Shown here one piece after another: positions 50,085 through 62,455 of a stretch of DNA of 64,000 nucleotides. The notes below the pieces were generated by a model that saw only the letters and a list, made by a program, of their open reading frames with translations, was not told the origin of the DNA and searched no databases. The position numbers and the translations under genes are program-made. Source of the DNA: Lama glama (lineage: Eukaryota); assembly GCA_028534125.1 (NCBI GenBank), contig CM052816.1:36768001-36832000 (forward strand), written 5' to 3'. Each line of letters opens with the position of its first letter. Position 1 is the first letter of the stretch.

Positions 50085-52852
50085 TTTTTCTATCCATCTA
50101 CAGAAATGAGATGGAACCTCTCACCTAAAGTCTATTCAGATGTTGAGACTGACTTATCACACATACACTAGAAGGGTATGAAGAAGTTTATTACTCACGT
50201 AATAATGACACTTTCTGAGGAGAGCAGGGTAGACTACAAAACATGCTCAATAATGACATGAGAGAACAGAAAAAGAGACTGGCTTGGGGTTTTATGGATT
50301 CTAGGGAGTGGGGCAGAATGAGTTTTTCTACATGTGGGTTGAGGCTTGTGTGATTTATACTTTGCTACAGTACCAAAGAAGGGAATACCCAAACTTTATT
50401 AGTGCTTCCAGATGAGGGGCAGAAGGGGAAAGGAAATAAGTGGGGACTGAAGGCCATCAGTGTTCAATAAAGTGGAGCCAAACTGTTAGAATTCACGATT
50501 TTTACAGACTATTACAATTTACAGAGTTTGGCTGATGACTAAAATATGCTGTGCTTCATTTGCTATATTTGGGCTTGTTTAAGTAAGCCACTGTGGTCCC
50601 CTATGATGCTCAGAACCTTGAAGCCTTGAGTGGGGTTGAATTTTCATTGAATACCTGTTCATAAGCTCATCATTGTAAGTTTTGCATAGTGTTGTATTGT
50701 GGCTTTTATGTCAATGAGCATATGTGACATTTATTTGTATTTAGGATAAATGTGAAGACAGACTCCTAGAGTTCTTTACCCCAAGGAGGAATAGCTTGGA
50801 TACAGAATTGTAATTGCTGCTATTGACCACACAAGACAGCTAAGTCACTGGCAATAGTTTAAGAGTTTGCAAAAATGTGCAGATAGGGCCAGTTGTTGGC
50901 CAGGACATCTGGTGCAAAGATGACTATTTGAAGTTTTAGTCAGTTATGCTGACTTTTTTTTGTCTCATCCTGGATTAGGCACAGCCTGGTTAATGGATGA
51001 AAAGGAGCAGTTGTCCAAGAAGCTTAATTACATGCATGGTGGCAACACATTTCTTAAAGTATAGGAATTCCCTTTGCTGTTCACTCGGTAGCCAAGATGA
51101 CCAGGATAGGGCTGACCTCATTATACAGCATCATGGCATCTGGCAAGGGACTGAAGACAGAAGAGGACACCTTTTCCTGCAGGCAGGATATGCCTGAAGG
51201 CCCATGTGTGACTCTGTCTTGTAGGAACGAGATCTTGGTGACCATGCCAAGCTTGCAGGTGCAGCAGGGCATAATAAGCAGCCGAGTCATAGACTCAGGG
51301 CCCAGGAGAACCTCTGTTTTGAGGAGACAGCAGTAGCAGCCTGCAATTTACACTCTAATGAAATGTAACGTAGGGCTGAGGAGAGCAGTTTCTTTTACCA
51401 GAAGTTCTTGAGCAATTTATGGCCATCGTGAGTGGCCCAGAGATTCCAAAATTCATAAAACGAGGTAACTAAAGCCAATATAGGGAAGGAATCTTTGGGG
51501 GAACTAATGGGAATGCTGTTGTATTGCAACTTGGACAAATTCTAGACTCTTTGTTGTAGGGATACTCAGTGCAAGTGGGTCAGTTTTCAAGTAACAACCT
51601 AAACAGGCTTAAGTAAAATCTTAGTAAAAGCATAAGTAAAGTTGATAAGCATATTGCCTCCAGAATCCAAAATGACCTTAAATACATTGAACTTGTTTCA
51701 GTTTTATGGGAGCGGAGAGGATCAATAACTGTTTATCAGTAGTGTCAGGGATGGAGCATCCTTTGATCACCAAATAATTTTCAGGAATTTAATTGAGGTG
51801 TTAGGACCTTATACTATATATGGGGCAAAGATCCATCCCCTTTTGGTGAACTCCGTTGTGAGTATTTGTATGTCCTGAATGAGTGTGTCAAATGAATTTC
51901 CTTGGTAGAAGATGTCTTCAGTGTTATGTCATACCTGTGTTTTTAGAGAAATCTGATGTGGTTAAGATTTTTCCTGTAAATGTTATGTATTATAAGAGGG
52001 TTGCTGAGGCAAAGGTAAAGGCATATTGTGTCCCTTCAAAGAGGAAGGCAAACTGCAACCAAAAACCTGTTGAAATAAGCACCAAATAGAACATACTAGC
52101 CAAATCTATGACTGTAATGTATTTGCCTGATGCTGATTGCATGATGTGAATACTTTCAATAATACTGATAGACAAATAGAATCACATGACCAGGGTCCTT
52201 TGAGGATGTCCTCATTCCCATACTCTTGTCCCTAAACACCAACTGTAACTTCTCATTTAGGTTGGGACGAATCTATAAAAGAGGCAAGGTAGAACCCATA
52301 AATGTAGCACAGAAGAACACAGATCAAAGTACAAGCTTGCCAGGCAGTAACACAACTCAAAAGGAGGCAAACTGGCAAGCACAGGAGCTAATTAGTAAGT
52401 AAAAACAAAAGAAGAAATATCCTCAATTAGGGTGGTCATTGCCTAGACCCCCTGTTCCCTATGTCAGTAGTTGTGTTATCACAGAGGCAAATGGACTCTG
52501 ACACTCAAAATCTGGTTCAGACATTGAGACTAATAATGTAACAAAAGTATCAAGAGGGCATGAAATGGGGTTTACTGCTCAAAGAACCAGAGTATCTGAA
52601 GAGAGCAGGTAGGCTCCTGCACAGATTAAAGAATGGCAGGGGAAAAAGGGTAGCTTGGAGTAATTAGGTGAACTGGAGTTAAGATTCCCAAACATAGGTC
52701 AATGTTTGTGTGGTTTGAAATCCCCACAGGCATTAAAGGAAAAAGCATCCAGGTTTTTTTTTTCAATCAACTTACCCAGAGAGGGAAGGGAAAATGGTAG
52801 GGTTTGAAAACTGTCAGCAGTGAAACATCAAAAATGTGGTCAAACTATTACA
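50085..52852 (-). mobile_element. Internally deleted class III ERV with two MER54-like LTRs
   Basis: Related LTRs at about 52470-52852 (starts 'tgtaatagtttgaccacatttttgatgtttcactgctgacag') and about 50085-50490. A decayed primer-binding-site-like sequence follows the 5' LTR. The interior carries RT and RNase H homology. Confidence 0.8.
50650..52175 (-). pseudogene. Class III ERV pol fragment (RT plus RNase H)
   Basis: 'VIDLASMFYLVLIS..WLQFAFLFEGTQYAF' is RT motif A. 'QV*HNTEDIFYQG' is a decayed YIDD motif (51914-51925). Also 'RGWIFAPYIV*GPNTSIKFLKIIW' and RNase H-like 'HIFANS*TIASDLAVLCGQ...WGKEL*E' near 50765-50880. Confidence 0.88.
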
Positions 52853-52957
52853 AAGAGCATAAGTAAGGGCACTGAGGTCAGTGAGAACATAAAATTCTGA
52901 AGGAACTAAGAGTGTGGCTAAGTGGTAAGAGCAAAATTTTAAATAAAAATAGGAAAC

Positions 52958-53910
52958 TATATTCCATTCATATAAACATTGGAGTCATGCATCTTTTTGG
53001 ACTGGTGTTTTAGTTTTCTTTTTTAAAAAAATTTTTTTGGGGGGAAGGACATAATTAGGTTTATTTATTTACTCATTTACTTATGAAGGAGATACTGGGA
53101 ATTGAACCCAGAACCTCATGCTTGCTAAGCATGCAGTCTACCACTTGAGCTATACCCTCTCCCGTGTTTTAGTTTTCTTTGGGTATATACCCAGGAGTGG
53201 GATTACTGGATCATATGTTAGTTCTATTTTTAATTTTTTGCAGAATCTCCATACTGTTTTCCATAGTGACTATGCTTACATTCCCACCAACAGTGTTCTA
53301 GGGTACCCTTTTCTCCACATCCTTGCCAAAACTTGTTATTTCTTGTCATTTTGACTATAGCTATTCTGACAGGTGTGAGGTGATATCTCACCGTGATTTT
53401 GATTTTAATTTCCCTAAAGATTAGTGATGTTGAGCAGGTTTTCCTCTGCTTGTTGGCCACCTGTATGTATTACTTAGGCACAAAAACAATGAAATTTTTC
53501 TATTTGTGACAACATGGATGGGCCTAGAGGATATTATGCTTAGTGAAACAGAGAAAGACAAATACTGTATATTTTAACTTATATGTGAAACCTAAAAAAA
53601 CAAAGTAAAATGAATGAATACAACAAAAGAGAAACAGACTCATAGATAACGAGAACAGTACTGGTGGTTACCAGTGAGAAGAGGGGTGGGAGGAAGGGCA
53701 AGATAGGGAAGGGGTTTAAGGGGTACAAACTACTAGGCGTAAAATAAACAAGATACAAGGATGCAATGTACAGCCCAGTGAATATACCCAGGATTTTATA
53801 ACTTTATATGGCATATAATCTATAAAAACATTGAATCACAATGTTACATACCTACAATGAATATAATATTGTAAGTCAACTATACTTCAATAAAAAATAA
53901 AAAACAAAAA
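52958..53910 (+). mobile_element. L1 with 5' inversion
   Basis: About 52958-53477 is L1 ORF2 on the minus strand (ORF 53230..53460 '[25 protein letters not shown]'). About 53478-53910 is the L1 3' end on + with 'cttcaataaaaaataaaaa'. Confidence 0.9.
53022..53163 (-). mobile_element. vic-1-like SINE nested in the L1
   Basis: SINE body is present, with a perfect 17-bp TSD gtgttttagttttcttt at 53005-53021 and 53164-53180. Confidence 0.95.
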
Positions 53911-54700
53911 GAAGGGAAGACTTCTTTGAAATGGGCTTGTTATTTTATGTCTATCTTTGTAGTAGTAGGAACATCTATTCTTCGAAAATAACTTGGAGAA
54001 ATCTGTATCAAAATGCATAGGAAGATATTTTCACTACTATATATATATATATATATATATATTTTATATATACTATATATTTATTTCATCCTAGCTCCAT
54101 GAAAGTATGTCCTATGCTCCTCCTACTTTCCAAATAGAAAGCTCCCAGAGTATCTAGAGCTAAAAGAAAGAGAAAATAAATGTGTTCCAGTCTAATCCTG
54201 GTAATGTATAGCTATTTTATTAATTCAGATTTAATTTATTTTTATTTGCTTGGTTATAAACATTCTAAATAGTTTCCACTTAAATAATGCATATCAACAA
54301 TTGGGATTATTTTCTTGTAATATACACACACATAAATTTCTGACATTTGCAAAGTAAGATGAATATACATTTTTGGTCAATTTAGAAGATTTATTTTATA
54401 ATAGTGTCTAGCATTTGCCTACATATGGCTTTTCAAATGCCTTTTGCATGTATTATCACATTTTACCTACAAAATAGTTTTGTGAGGACTATATACTGAT
54501 TATCTATGTATAAATGTATGTACATACATATAAACATTTTTTACATTTCAGTTCATATATAAAATCAAAACATGTATTTTATTTTGCTAAAAATCAGGCA
54601 ACCACAAATAAAATTGGTATCCCTGCAATCTAAATCCTTAACTCTGAAACACTTAAATTCAAGAATTAGAAATTCCTATTAGTTTTAATTATTGTTACTA

Positions 54701-55262
54701 TGTATATCAGAGTCCAGTCAAAGAAGCAGAAGCCACATTAGTTATTTAAACAGAAATAATTTAAAGCAGGAATTTGGTTATGAAGGTATTAGAATACTGT
54801 AGCCAGCAAAAGAAGGCCCACAGCCAAGAGAAGGGAGCAGCTACCATCCCAGGGAGGAAATAAAAGGGAATTGAGCACTTGAAGGAGGGTCCTTAGCAGA
54901 CCACCATGGAGAGGGTGCTGTCCAGCTGCTTCTGGTTCCTTTGAGGGGTTGTAGTAAGACTGGTTCTGATAGTGGAGAAAATAATAGAATTGACAGCAGG
55001 AAGCAACTGCTTCTGTAGGAATTAAGACCCATTGGCTGAGTGACTCTACTGCACAGTAGGTAAACAAGAAGGGAAGAGACCTACATCTGCCTGCAGCCTT
55101 CCAATCTCCTCAGAGTTCTCTTTCTGGAAGAACATAACAGAGAATCAGCTGGGAAAAGGGGAAATGTAATTTGCAAAGTCAGTTCTCAGCCCCAGCATTA
55201 CCTTAATGTAGATGGGTGAGTTTTTTGAGCTGAAAGATTCTAGCCTAATAGTTACCTGCACA
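54701..55262 (-). mobile_element. Old LTR (MaLR/ERVL, MLT1-type) solo element
   Basis: 'tgtatatcagagtccagtcaaagaagcagaagccacattagttatttaaacagaaataatttaaagcaggaatttggtta' resembles the reversed 3' end of old MLT1 LTRs. Confidence 0.65.
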
Positions 55263-56749
55263 ACATGGAAAATTAAAATTTTGATTCAGGGTATTTATAA
55301 TACCCTGAATCAATGATAAGAAATATATTTAAGGGACAGTAAGGCACTTTACACTCATGTAGAGGAACATGTAGTAGATAATATGTAAGAATGAACACTT
55401 TCCCCTCCCTCCTCATTTCTTCTTTCTTTTTGGGACTAGAGTAATTTTTGATAAACTACACCACTGGTCCATAATACAAGAATGCTTTTTATTGAATGCA
55501 AGTCTTAGTACACTATAGGCCATTTCTGAAGCCTCCCTTTAGGTACTTCTAACTTGGTAATTGTGCAATACTGATTAATTAAACAAGTATATGTTGAGCA
55601 TCTACAATTTTGTTAAGTGTTATAGATGATTAAAATAAAGCATTTAGAGATTCTAAGAACAGTTTCAATTTTCCAAAGCCCCTTTCTCCTGATATATAAT
55701 AAAATATGAAATCATAATGTCTAAAATTTATGGGTATGCTAAAATAAAACTAGATTTTTATTATCATATTCTGGCCAAGTCTAAAATTGAACTAATAATC
55801 TTTTTTTTTCTTCTCTTTTTGTAATTGCTTTTACTGGCCCACTTTATCTGAGACATAGTTGGCCATGCCATTGCATGGATTATTTAGGCTTTCATCCTCA
55901 GTAATCCAGTGTGGTGCCAGTGGGCCAGGGGTCCACAAGATTTAGGGTCTCTGCACTTGTGGAGCTTATACAGTCTGCATGCTTCCAGACTGTGATTCTC
56001 TGTTCCTGCTAGGTCTACACATAGAATATAAGAATATGAGAATATAAGGGGGATTTGTACAGACTGTACTTAAAAGAGCTCTGACTATAAATTGAAGTAT
56101 AAGCCAGCAATTTTAAGAGATGGTATAGTTCAAAGTCCTCCTTACTTAATATTTTAAAATAGTTTCAGGTAACAGATGGAAATACTAATTTATAAAAACC
56201 ATCTCTGTATGGTGGTATGAATTTTGTCTAGAAAAATGTCCTATGTTAACAGTTCAATTGTTCATGAACTCTTCGAATGATCATCTACCTGTAGAAGTAG
56301 GAGGTTCTAGTACCGCGCTTCCATGTGTGTCTCCTCAATGCCTCATCATTTCGACCACCTGTCCTGTGATAGATGTTAATCCCAAGGAAATTTGTTCTAA
56401 TAGAGGTTGTTCTGTCCCTTTCCAACTAAATAGATGTGACAGCAGGTGAGAATAAAATCAATGTTAATTTTCAGTAAACTGTGTTCATGTGAAAATAACC
56501 AAATGTTCCAGGTATAAGCAGACAGAAAAACTGAAAATAAAGGAAGAAGTAAGGTCTCTGCCCAGTGTCTTTGTTTATTTTGTTTTTTCACAAACTGCGT
56601 CTGCAAAGATCTGTTCTTTAATCTTTCTTTGCCCTGTCTCATTATGTTGCAGTGAATTGAGTAGTGCAAAAATAGCATCCAATTGACATTTAGAGGATCT
56701 CTTTTTACCAATGAAATACAGCATTTTATATATGTAGTATATGAATATA

Positions 56750-56805
56750 CATAGTTATATATATATATATATATGTATATACACATACTACATATATATA
56801 TAGTA
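56750..56805. repeat. (TA)n-rich microsatellite
   Basis: Visible directly. Confidence 0.85.
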
Positions 56806-57239
56806 CATAATATACATTTTAAAAGTTTCCTCCCGACCTGCTACCTGCCTCTGCTCTTACCGTTTTACTTATCTTTTCTTTCATCCTAATATTTACAAAT
56901 GCAGTGAAACTTTTGTAGAGGTAGTGCCTGGGTATCCAAGACTAGTTAGATCCCTATTCCTTTCGAAATCCATGTTTCTTAGAGGAATGTATAATAAGCA
57001 TTGCAGTCAAGGCTATTGCACACAGTCCTCACTTCAATTTGTTAATAGGACCTCAGAAACCTTTTCCTTCTACAGAAACAAATTTAGAAATGATCAAGTT
57101 TCATAAAGCCTCTAAGAATACCTTATTTAACTGATAAGATACATAAGTTAATAATAGTACAAAACATATATGGAAGCAATGGAAAAAGTCATTCAGAGTT
57201 TAATTTGGCAAAATAATACCCCATCAACAAGAGGGGAAG

Positions 57240-57410
57240 CACTAGGTGGAATCAGTCTTTGATCTTAGATAACTTACTTGAGACACTTTACTCATCTATA
57301 AAATTTGGGCAATGACATCTTCCATATTCTAGTATGAGCTTGAGAACTAAATGGGACAATATGTGTAAAATGCTTAGCACCGGGTTTGGCATTAAATGAG
57401 CATGAGCTGT
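57240..57410 (+). mobile_element. MIR SINE
   Basis: 'actcatctataaaatttgggcaatgac...aatatgtgtaaaatgcttagcaccgggtttggca'. Confidence 0.75.
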
Positions 57411-57779
57411 CACTATGTTGGTGAGGTCAGCAGTTTGCTCTTTCTTCCTGTCTTAGGAAACGGGGGATCAGACTCACTGAGGCAGCTTCCTTCAAGGCCC
57501 AGGCCTTTGGGGATATGGGTAGTGTTAGTGTGGTAATAAAGTTTGGCTGAAGATGTGGGATTTGGGACTTTATGGTAGAAACGACAGAGATTTAGACTTG
57601 AAGCCAGGGTATTAGATCTGATTCCTGATGCATGAATCATTCTCTATATGCTTTAATTCAACTATTTCTTTTGAAAATATGTATAATGTTACCCAGAGAA
57701 AAAGCATGATAGATGTGATGTTCAAATTATACTTGTAAAAATCACGTGAGCTATAAAGCATTTTAGAGATGCCATATTC

Positions 57780-57818
<39 letters not shown>

Positions 57819-57830
57819 TACTACTACTAC
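57780..57830. repeat. Compound (TAT)n(TAC)n trinucleotide microsatellite
   Basis: An ATT run switches to an ACT run, probably grown from a MIR/L3-type tail. Confidence 0.95.
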
Positions 57831-58149
57831 AAGTAATATTGAGGCTTTTCATTTGCTCCAGAAACAGTTTCTCAATCTTCTATTTTCCTTATTGAGGCTC
57901 CTGAAAACAGATTTGTCTGTTTTCCCTTGAACTATCATGACCCAGATGATCAAATGATGATCTCTTTTAACTGATACATTAGTCATAATATTTGCCCAAG
58001 TTTTTAGTTTCTAGAACAAGCACAGCCTATTCCGTAACTTATTTGCTCAATCTCATTTCCTTTCTTTTTCTTCCTCCCTACCTTCCTTCCTTTTTTCTTT
58101 CCTTTCATTCTTCCTTTTTCCTTTCTTTCCTTTATTTAGGTTATACAGG

Positions 58150-58560
58150 TTATTTTCTATTGTAAGTAATAAGGTAATAGCTGAAATGTGGATTAAAGTA
58201 GTTGATATAATTAGGTAAATTTATAGGAAAGGACACATCATGTTTTACTTAGATCATGTAGGGAAAAGCTTACTTTTTCTAGATAATAACTTGTTTTCAG
58301 AGAAGAAAGGGCATAAGGAAGATTCATCCACATTTGTAAAAAAAAAAGTGAGGCTTTTTATGACAAGACATATCATAGAAGTCATGGTTCTTAAACAGAA
58401 GTCACTTTGGGAGGAAATGTTAAGGATGCTGGGCTGGAGGTGGGATGCTGCCTTTGAAAGTGGGCTTCTGAGACTGAAAATGAGAGGTTAGGATTTGGGG
58501 AAAGGTGTAGGACTTCACTAGATGATCCTTTTATTTTCCTCATCTGCCCTGATATTCTAG
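58150..58560 (+). mobile_element. CR1/L3-like 3' end
   Basis: Terminal 'ggacttcactagatgatcc...ctgccctgatattcta' resembles the L3/MIR3 3' end. Confidence 0.45.
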
Positions 58561-58629
58561 CAATTAAGAAATTTCCAAAGTAAATACCCTTTTACTATTT
58601 TAGGGGATTTTTGTCTGCTTTTGACCAAT

Positions 58630-58985
58630 AATTAGAATTTAAGATTCAAGTTAGAGAAAGCCATAGGGATCAATAAATGCAGTAATTTCCAAATTTGCCT
58701 GAGCAAAAGAGATACTTGGGAACCTTTTCCATGGAAATTCTGAATCAAAATATCTGTAGTATGCCCCAGAAATTCACATTTTCAACAAATGTCTAAATGA
58801 TTCTATTGATCATGTAGTTGTAAAAATACTTTCATGTTATTGCCTTGAGCTACAAACTTTGAGACTCAGTGTAGCAAACAAATGAATTGCAAGAGCTCAT
58901 ACAGTGAAAGGAAACTGAAACCAGTTCGTGCCAGACTTGTGTTAATAATCCAGATCTCCTAACTTTTAAACCAGAGCTCTTTCTC
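58630..58985. mobile_element. MIR (minus) interrupted by a MER5B-like MITE (about 58680-58830)
   Basis: 'cagtaatttccaaatttgcctg...aattctgaatcaaaatatctg...cacattttcaacaaatgtc' sits between MIR-like segments. Confidence 0.55.
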
Positions 58986-60004
58986 TTTTAATTTAGGGTG
59001 TGACTCATGTGAAACAACATCACAATTCATTGTATTATTTGATATTCACCAGTCTACACCTCATAAGAGCAATGCATTTTGAAGTAGGAATTGTTTTTGC
59101 CTCATGTACTCTTGAAAAGTAGAGCAAGCTATTCAAAATCCTTTCAACAAATTTTCATTTTTGAGGTAAACTAAGATTTGAAACCAGAACTTGACAAATT
59201 TACAAGAATGGTTATAAACTAAAATAAGTTACTGGATGAGGCTTTAGAATCCTTTTCCATAGAGATAGTTTTGGTGGTTTTTGTTGTTGTTGTTGTTGTT
59301 CTTGTATTTATTTGCCTTTTTGTTTTTTGTTTTCATGCAGTAGAACCAACAAATAGTGGGAAATGTTAATTCACTCCTGAAAATGTACTTTAGCACTGTA
59401 ATTTTATAATTTATAAACTCTTTCCCTTTTTGATTCCAAATTTCTTAAATTCACAAGAAAGTATTAAATATGTGCATTTATATGGGACCTATGTATGAAT
59501 AAAGTGAAATAACATAGATATAATATCTTAGAAGATTTTAGACTAAACATGTCATTTACAACCAGCAATTGTTAGGAAAATAAATGGAGCCTTCTTTAAA
59601 TTTACCCATATCTCATGTTTCTCTCCCTTCAATCAGTAGGCACAAATCAACCAAAAAAAACCCCAAAGACATTAATATTACAATGAGAAACAGGTAATTA
59701 ATAAGACAAAAACGTAGTTGTGAAAGGAATAATCCTATTCAAGGTTATGTATAGTCAAAGATATAAAAATAAATATTGTTATCTAACAGGTTTCCAATTA
59801 AAAAAATAATTTTATGATAGTTATTGGGATGTACAAAAGGAACTCTGGGACTTTGCTAGGAAGATAGTAAACATCTACAAGAAGGCAATTTAGCAATTTG
59901 TAAAAAGGCTTAAAATGTTAATAGTCTGTAACATGGTAATTCCATTTTTAGAATTTTTTTCTAAGAATATAATTGAACAGATTATCGATATAATCATTTA
60001 CAAA

Positions 60005-61660
60005 TTTATTCATTCAACAAACATTGAGCATCTGCTGTGTATCAGGCAATGTTTTGATCACTGGATATATATTTTAAAGCAAAATCAGGTACAGCTCACG
60101 CTTCCAGGACATTTACAGTCTAACAGGGGAGTTGAGAATTGACTTCATGGTCACAAATAGGTGCATGACTACAAACAGAGGAAAGTTCTATGAAGTTAAA
60201 GAGCATGGTATCGTCAGACACTTCTCTACTTCCTTTCAGGGATTTCTGTAAAGGAAATAACATTTAAGCTATGATTTAAAGGACAAAATATGAGTAAATT
60301 AGGCAGAGTTTGGGAGAAGTAAAAACATGCACAAGGCCCAGGATTAGCAAAGATATGTTCCGTTCCAGAAATTGAAGTACGGTCTATGTGGAAGAGTAGA
60401 GGGTGAGGGTTCAAAGATGAGGCTAGAATGGTAAGCAGAATGGAAACTTGGCAAGCCATCTCATAGGTGTTTTTTTTTTTTTTAAATCCAGAAACAATAG
60501 GAATCCTGTGATCTGACTTAGTAATAGGAAATAATAGAACCCAATTTTTATCTTAAAAGTGTCTGGCCAGCTGCAGTGTATAGAACAGACTAGAGAGAGT
60601 CAAGGTAAAAAACCAATTAGTGGGCTAATGCTGTCTTGAGAATTAGAGGTGTCTGGCTTATACCTAGGTAGTGCAGGGCAGATGGAGAGAAATAGATGAA
60701 CTCCAGCATAATATAAAATGTGAAATCTTTAGGGTATATTGTGGGTTGTATTTGGGGGAGAAAAGGAAGGGATTTTTAAAAAAATGACTCTAACGCTTGC
60801 TGAAATGACTGAAAAGACAATGAATGGGCCCAATCAGAAAAAGTTGGAGAATCATGACTGAGGGCAGAGTTTTAGTAGATTGTAGGGGGAGGAAATGTCA
60901 AGAGTTCAGTTTTGCAGCTCTTGTGAAGGAGCTGGTTCTGGACGTCTAAGTGATTGTGTCAGTAATTCACATGAGTACTGAGGGCTAGAGTTCTAAGGAA
61001 AGGTTTCCAGTGGCAATATGAATGTATGTTTCCTGAGTATTTGATAATTACTGAAGTTACAAACATGAGTGAGACTTTCCTGAAAATATGTAGGATGATG
61101 AAAAATAGTAAGAAAAAGAAAAGAAGGCCTAGGAACTTGAGTGTTTTGAGGACTCTGACATAAACTGTAGTATGTGGTTCTGCAGCAGAAATTGAGAGTA
61201 ACAGTCACACAGAAAGAAAACCAAAAAACACTGGTGATAGAAAAGCTAATGGCCAATGAAGGGAGTATCAATGAGCAAAAAATAATCAATATTTGTAACT
61301 AAAAAAAAAAAGATGAAGGCATGGAATGACTGGATTTAGTCAGCTAGAACAATTATAACTATTTTGATAGTGTTAGGGAGAAGAGAGCCATGTTGGAATT
61401 AATTGAGAAATGAGTAGATGTGTGAAAATGGAGTCACTGTGATGGAAACATTATTAAGGTAGAAAAGAAGTTAGTTTTGTAATTGAAAAGAAAAGTGGGG
61501 TTAAGGAAGGAGTTTGGGGTTATTGTTGCTGTTTTGTTTTGTTTTAATTTGGTTCGTTTTAAACTGAGAAAGATATGAGATAATTCAGTGGAGATGGAGG
61601 AAGAAAGAAGCATTGATAATGAGGTTTTCTAGGAAAATAATAGGTATAGGCTTTACCCTG
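60005..61660 (-). mobile_element. Long L2 fragment
   Basis: Begins with the L2 terminus 'ttattcattcaacaaacattgagcatctgctgtgtatcaggca' and continues with collinear L2 motifs. Confidence 0.85.
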
Positions 61661-61889
61661 TTAAATAACTGAGCATCCTTTATACTAAAAGAATACTTCT
61701 TGTATAATGTTCATTAAATTGAGGGATTTTTTTTGATTCTAAGGGAAAGTTAGGAGTTGCCTAAATGCTAAGTCATCATGAAGTTGATTAAACAGAATAT
61801 TGTATAGATATGAAATAAATTGTAATTTGGCCCTTAAAAGAACCATTTTTTTTTCAGAACAGTATGAACTCTATTTTGGCATGATAAGT

Positions 61890-62070
61890 TTCATTCTTTC
61901 ATTTATTTGTTTTTTCAACAAGCATTTAGCAAGTGCCCCAGATATGCCAAATACTGTGCTGGATGGTGGAGACACAAAGATGAAAAAGACAGGGTCCTTG
62001 CTCCATAAGAGCTTATAATTATCTGGAAGACACAGACCAGTAAATAATCAAAATGCAAAAAAAAAAAATA
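61890..62070 (-). mobile_element. L2 3' end
   Basis: 'ttcaacaagcatttagcaagtgccccagatatgccaaatactgtgctggatggtggagacacaaagatgaaaaagacag'. Confidence 0.85.
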
Positions 62071-62075
62071 CAATT

Positions 62076-62455
62076 TGTTAACAAGTTTGATGTCCTTTAT
62101 TCAAGGGAAAACAATCCATGGATTGAGCAAGTACACTTTTACACAAGCAGTGGACATTCTTGGACAAGAACAAGTTTTGTAGGATCTTAGAAGAGGCAGC
62201 TTGGAAATAGGGCATGATTGGCTAAAAGTTCAGGGATTTCCCTATAAGGCTAGCAGGTCCTCTCATCTAGGGTAAGGTAAGCTAGATAAGGCTGTTTGGA
62301 GGATTATGACTGGTGTATATTAGGTTTCCTTGACAGGGAGGCAGCTCCCATTAGTGCAGGCTAACTTAGGTTTAGATTTGTGACATGAGCTGGCCCCTGG
62401 GGAAACCTCTAGTTTGTGAGTCCCAATATAGGAAGTAGCTTTCTCAAGAGTTACA
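62076..62455 (-). mobile_element. Probable ERV solo LTR (ERV1-like)
   Basis: TGTTA...TTACA termini, minus-strand AATAAA ('tttatt' near 62096) and CCAAT ('gattgg' near 62216), and higher GC than the flanks; it truncates the preceding L2. Confidence 0.55.
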
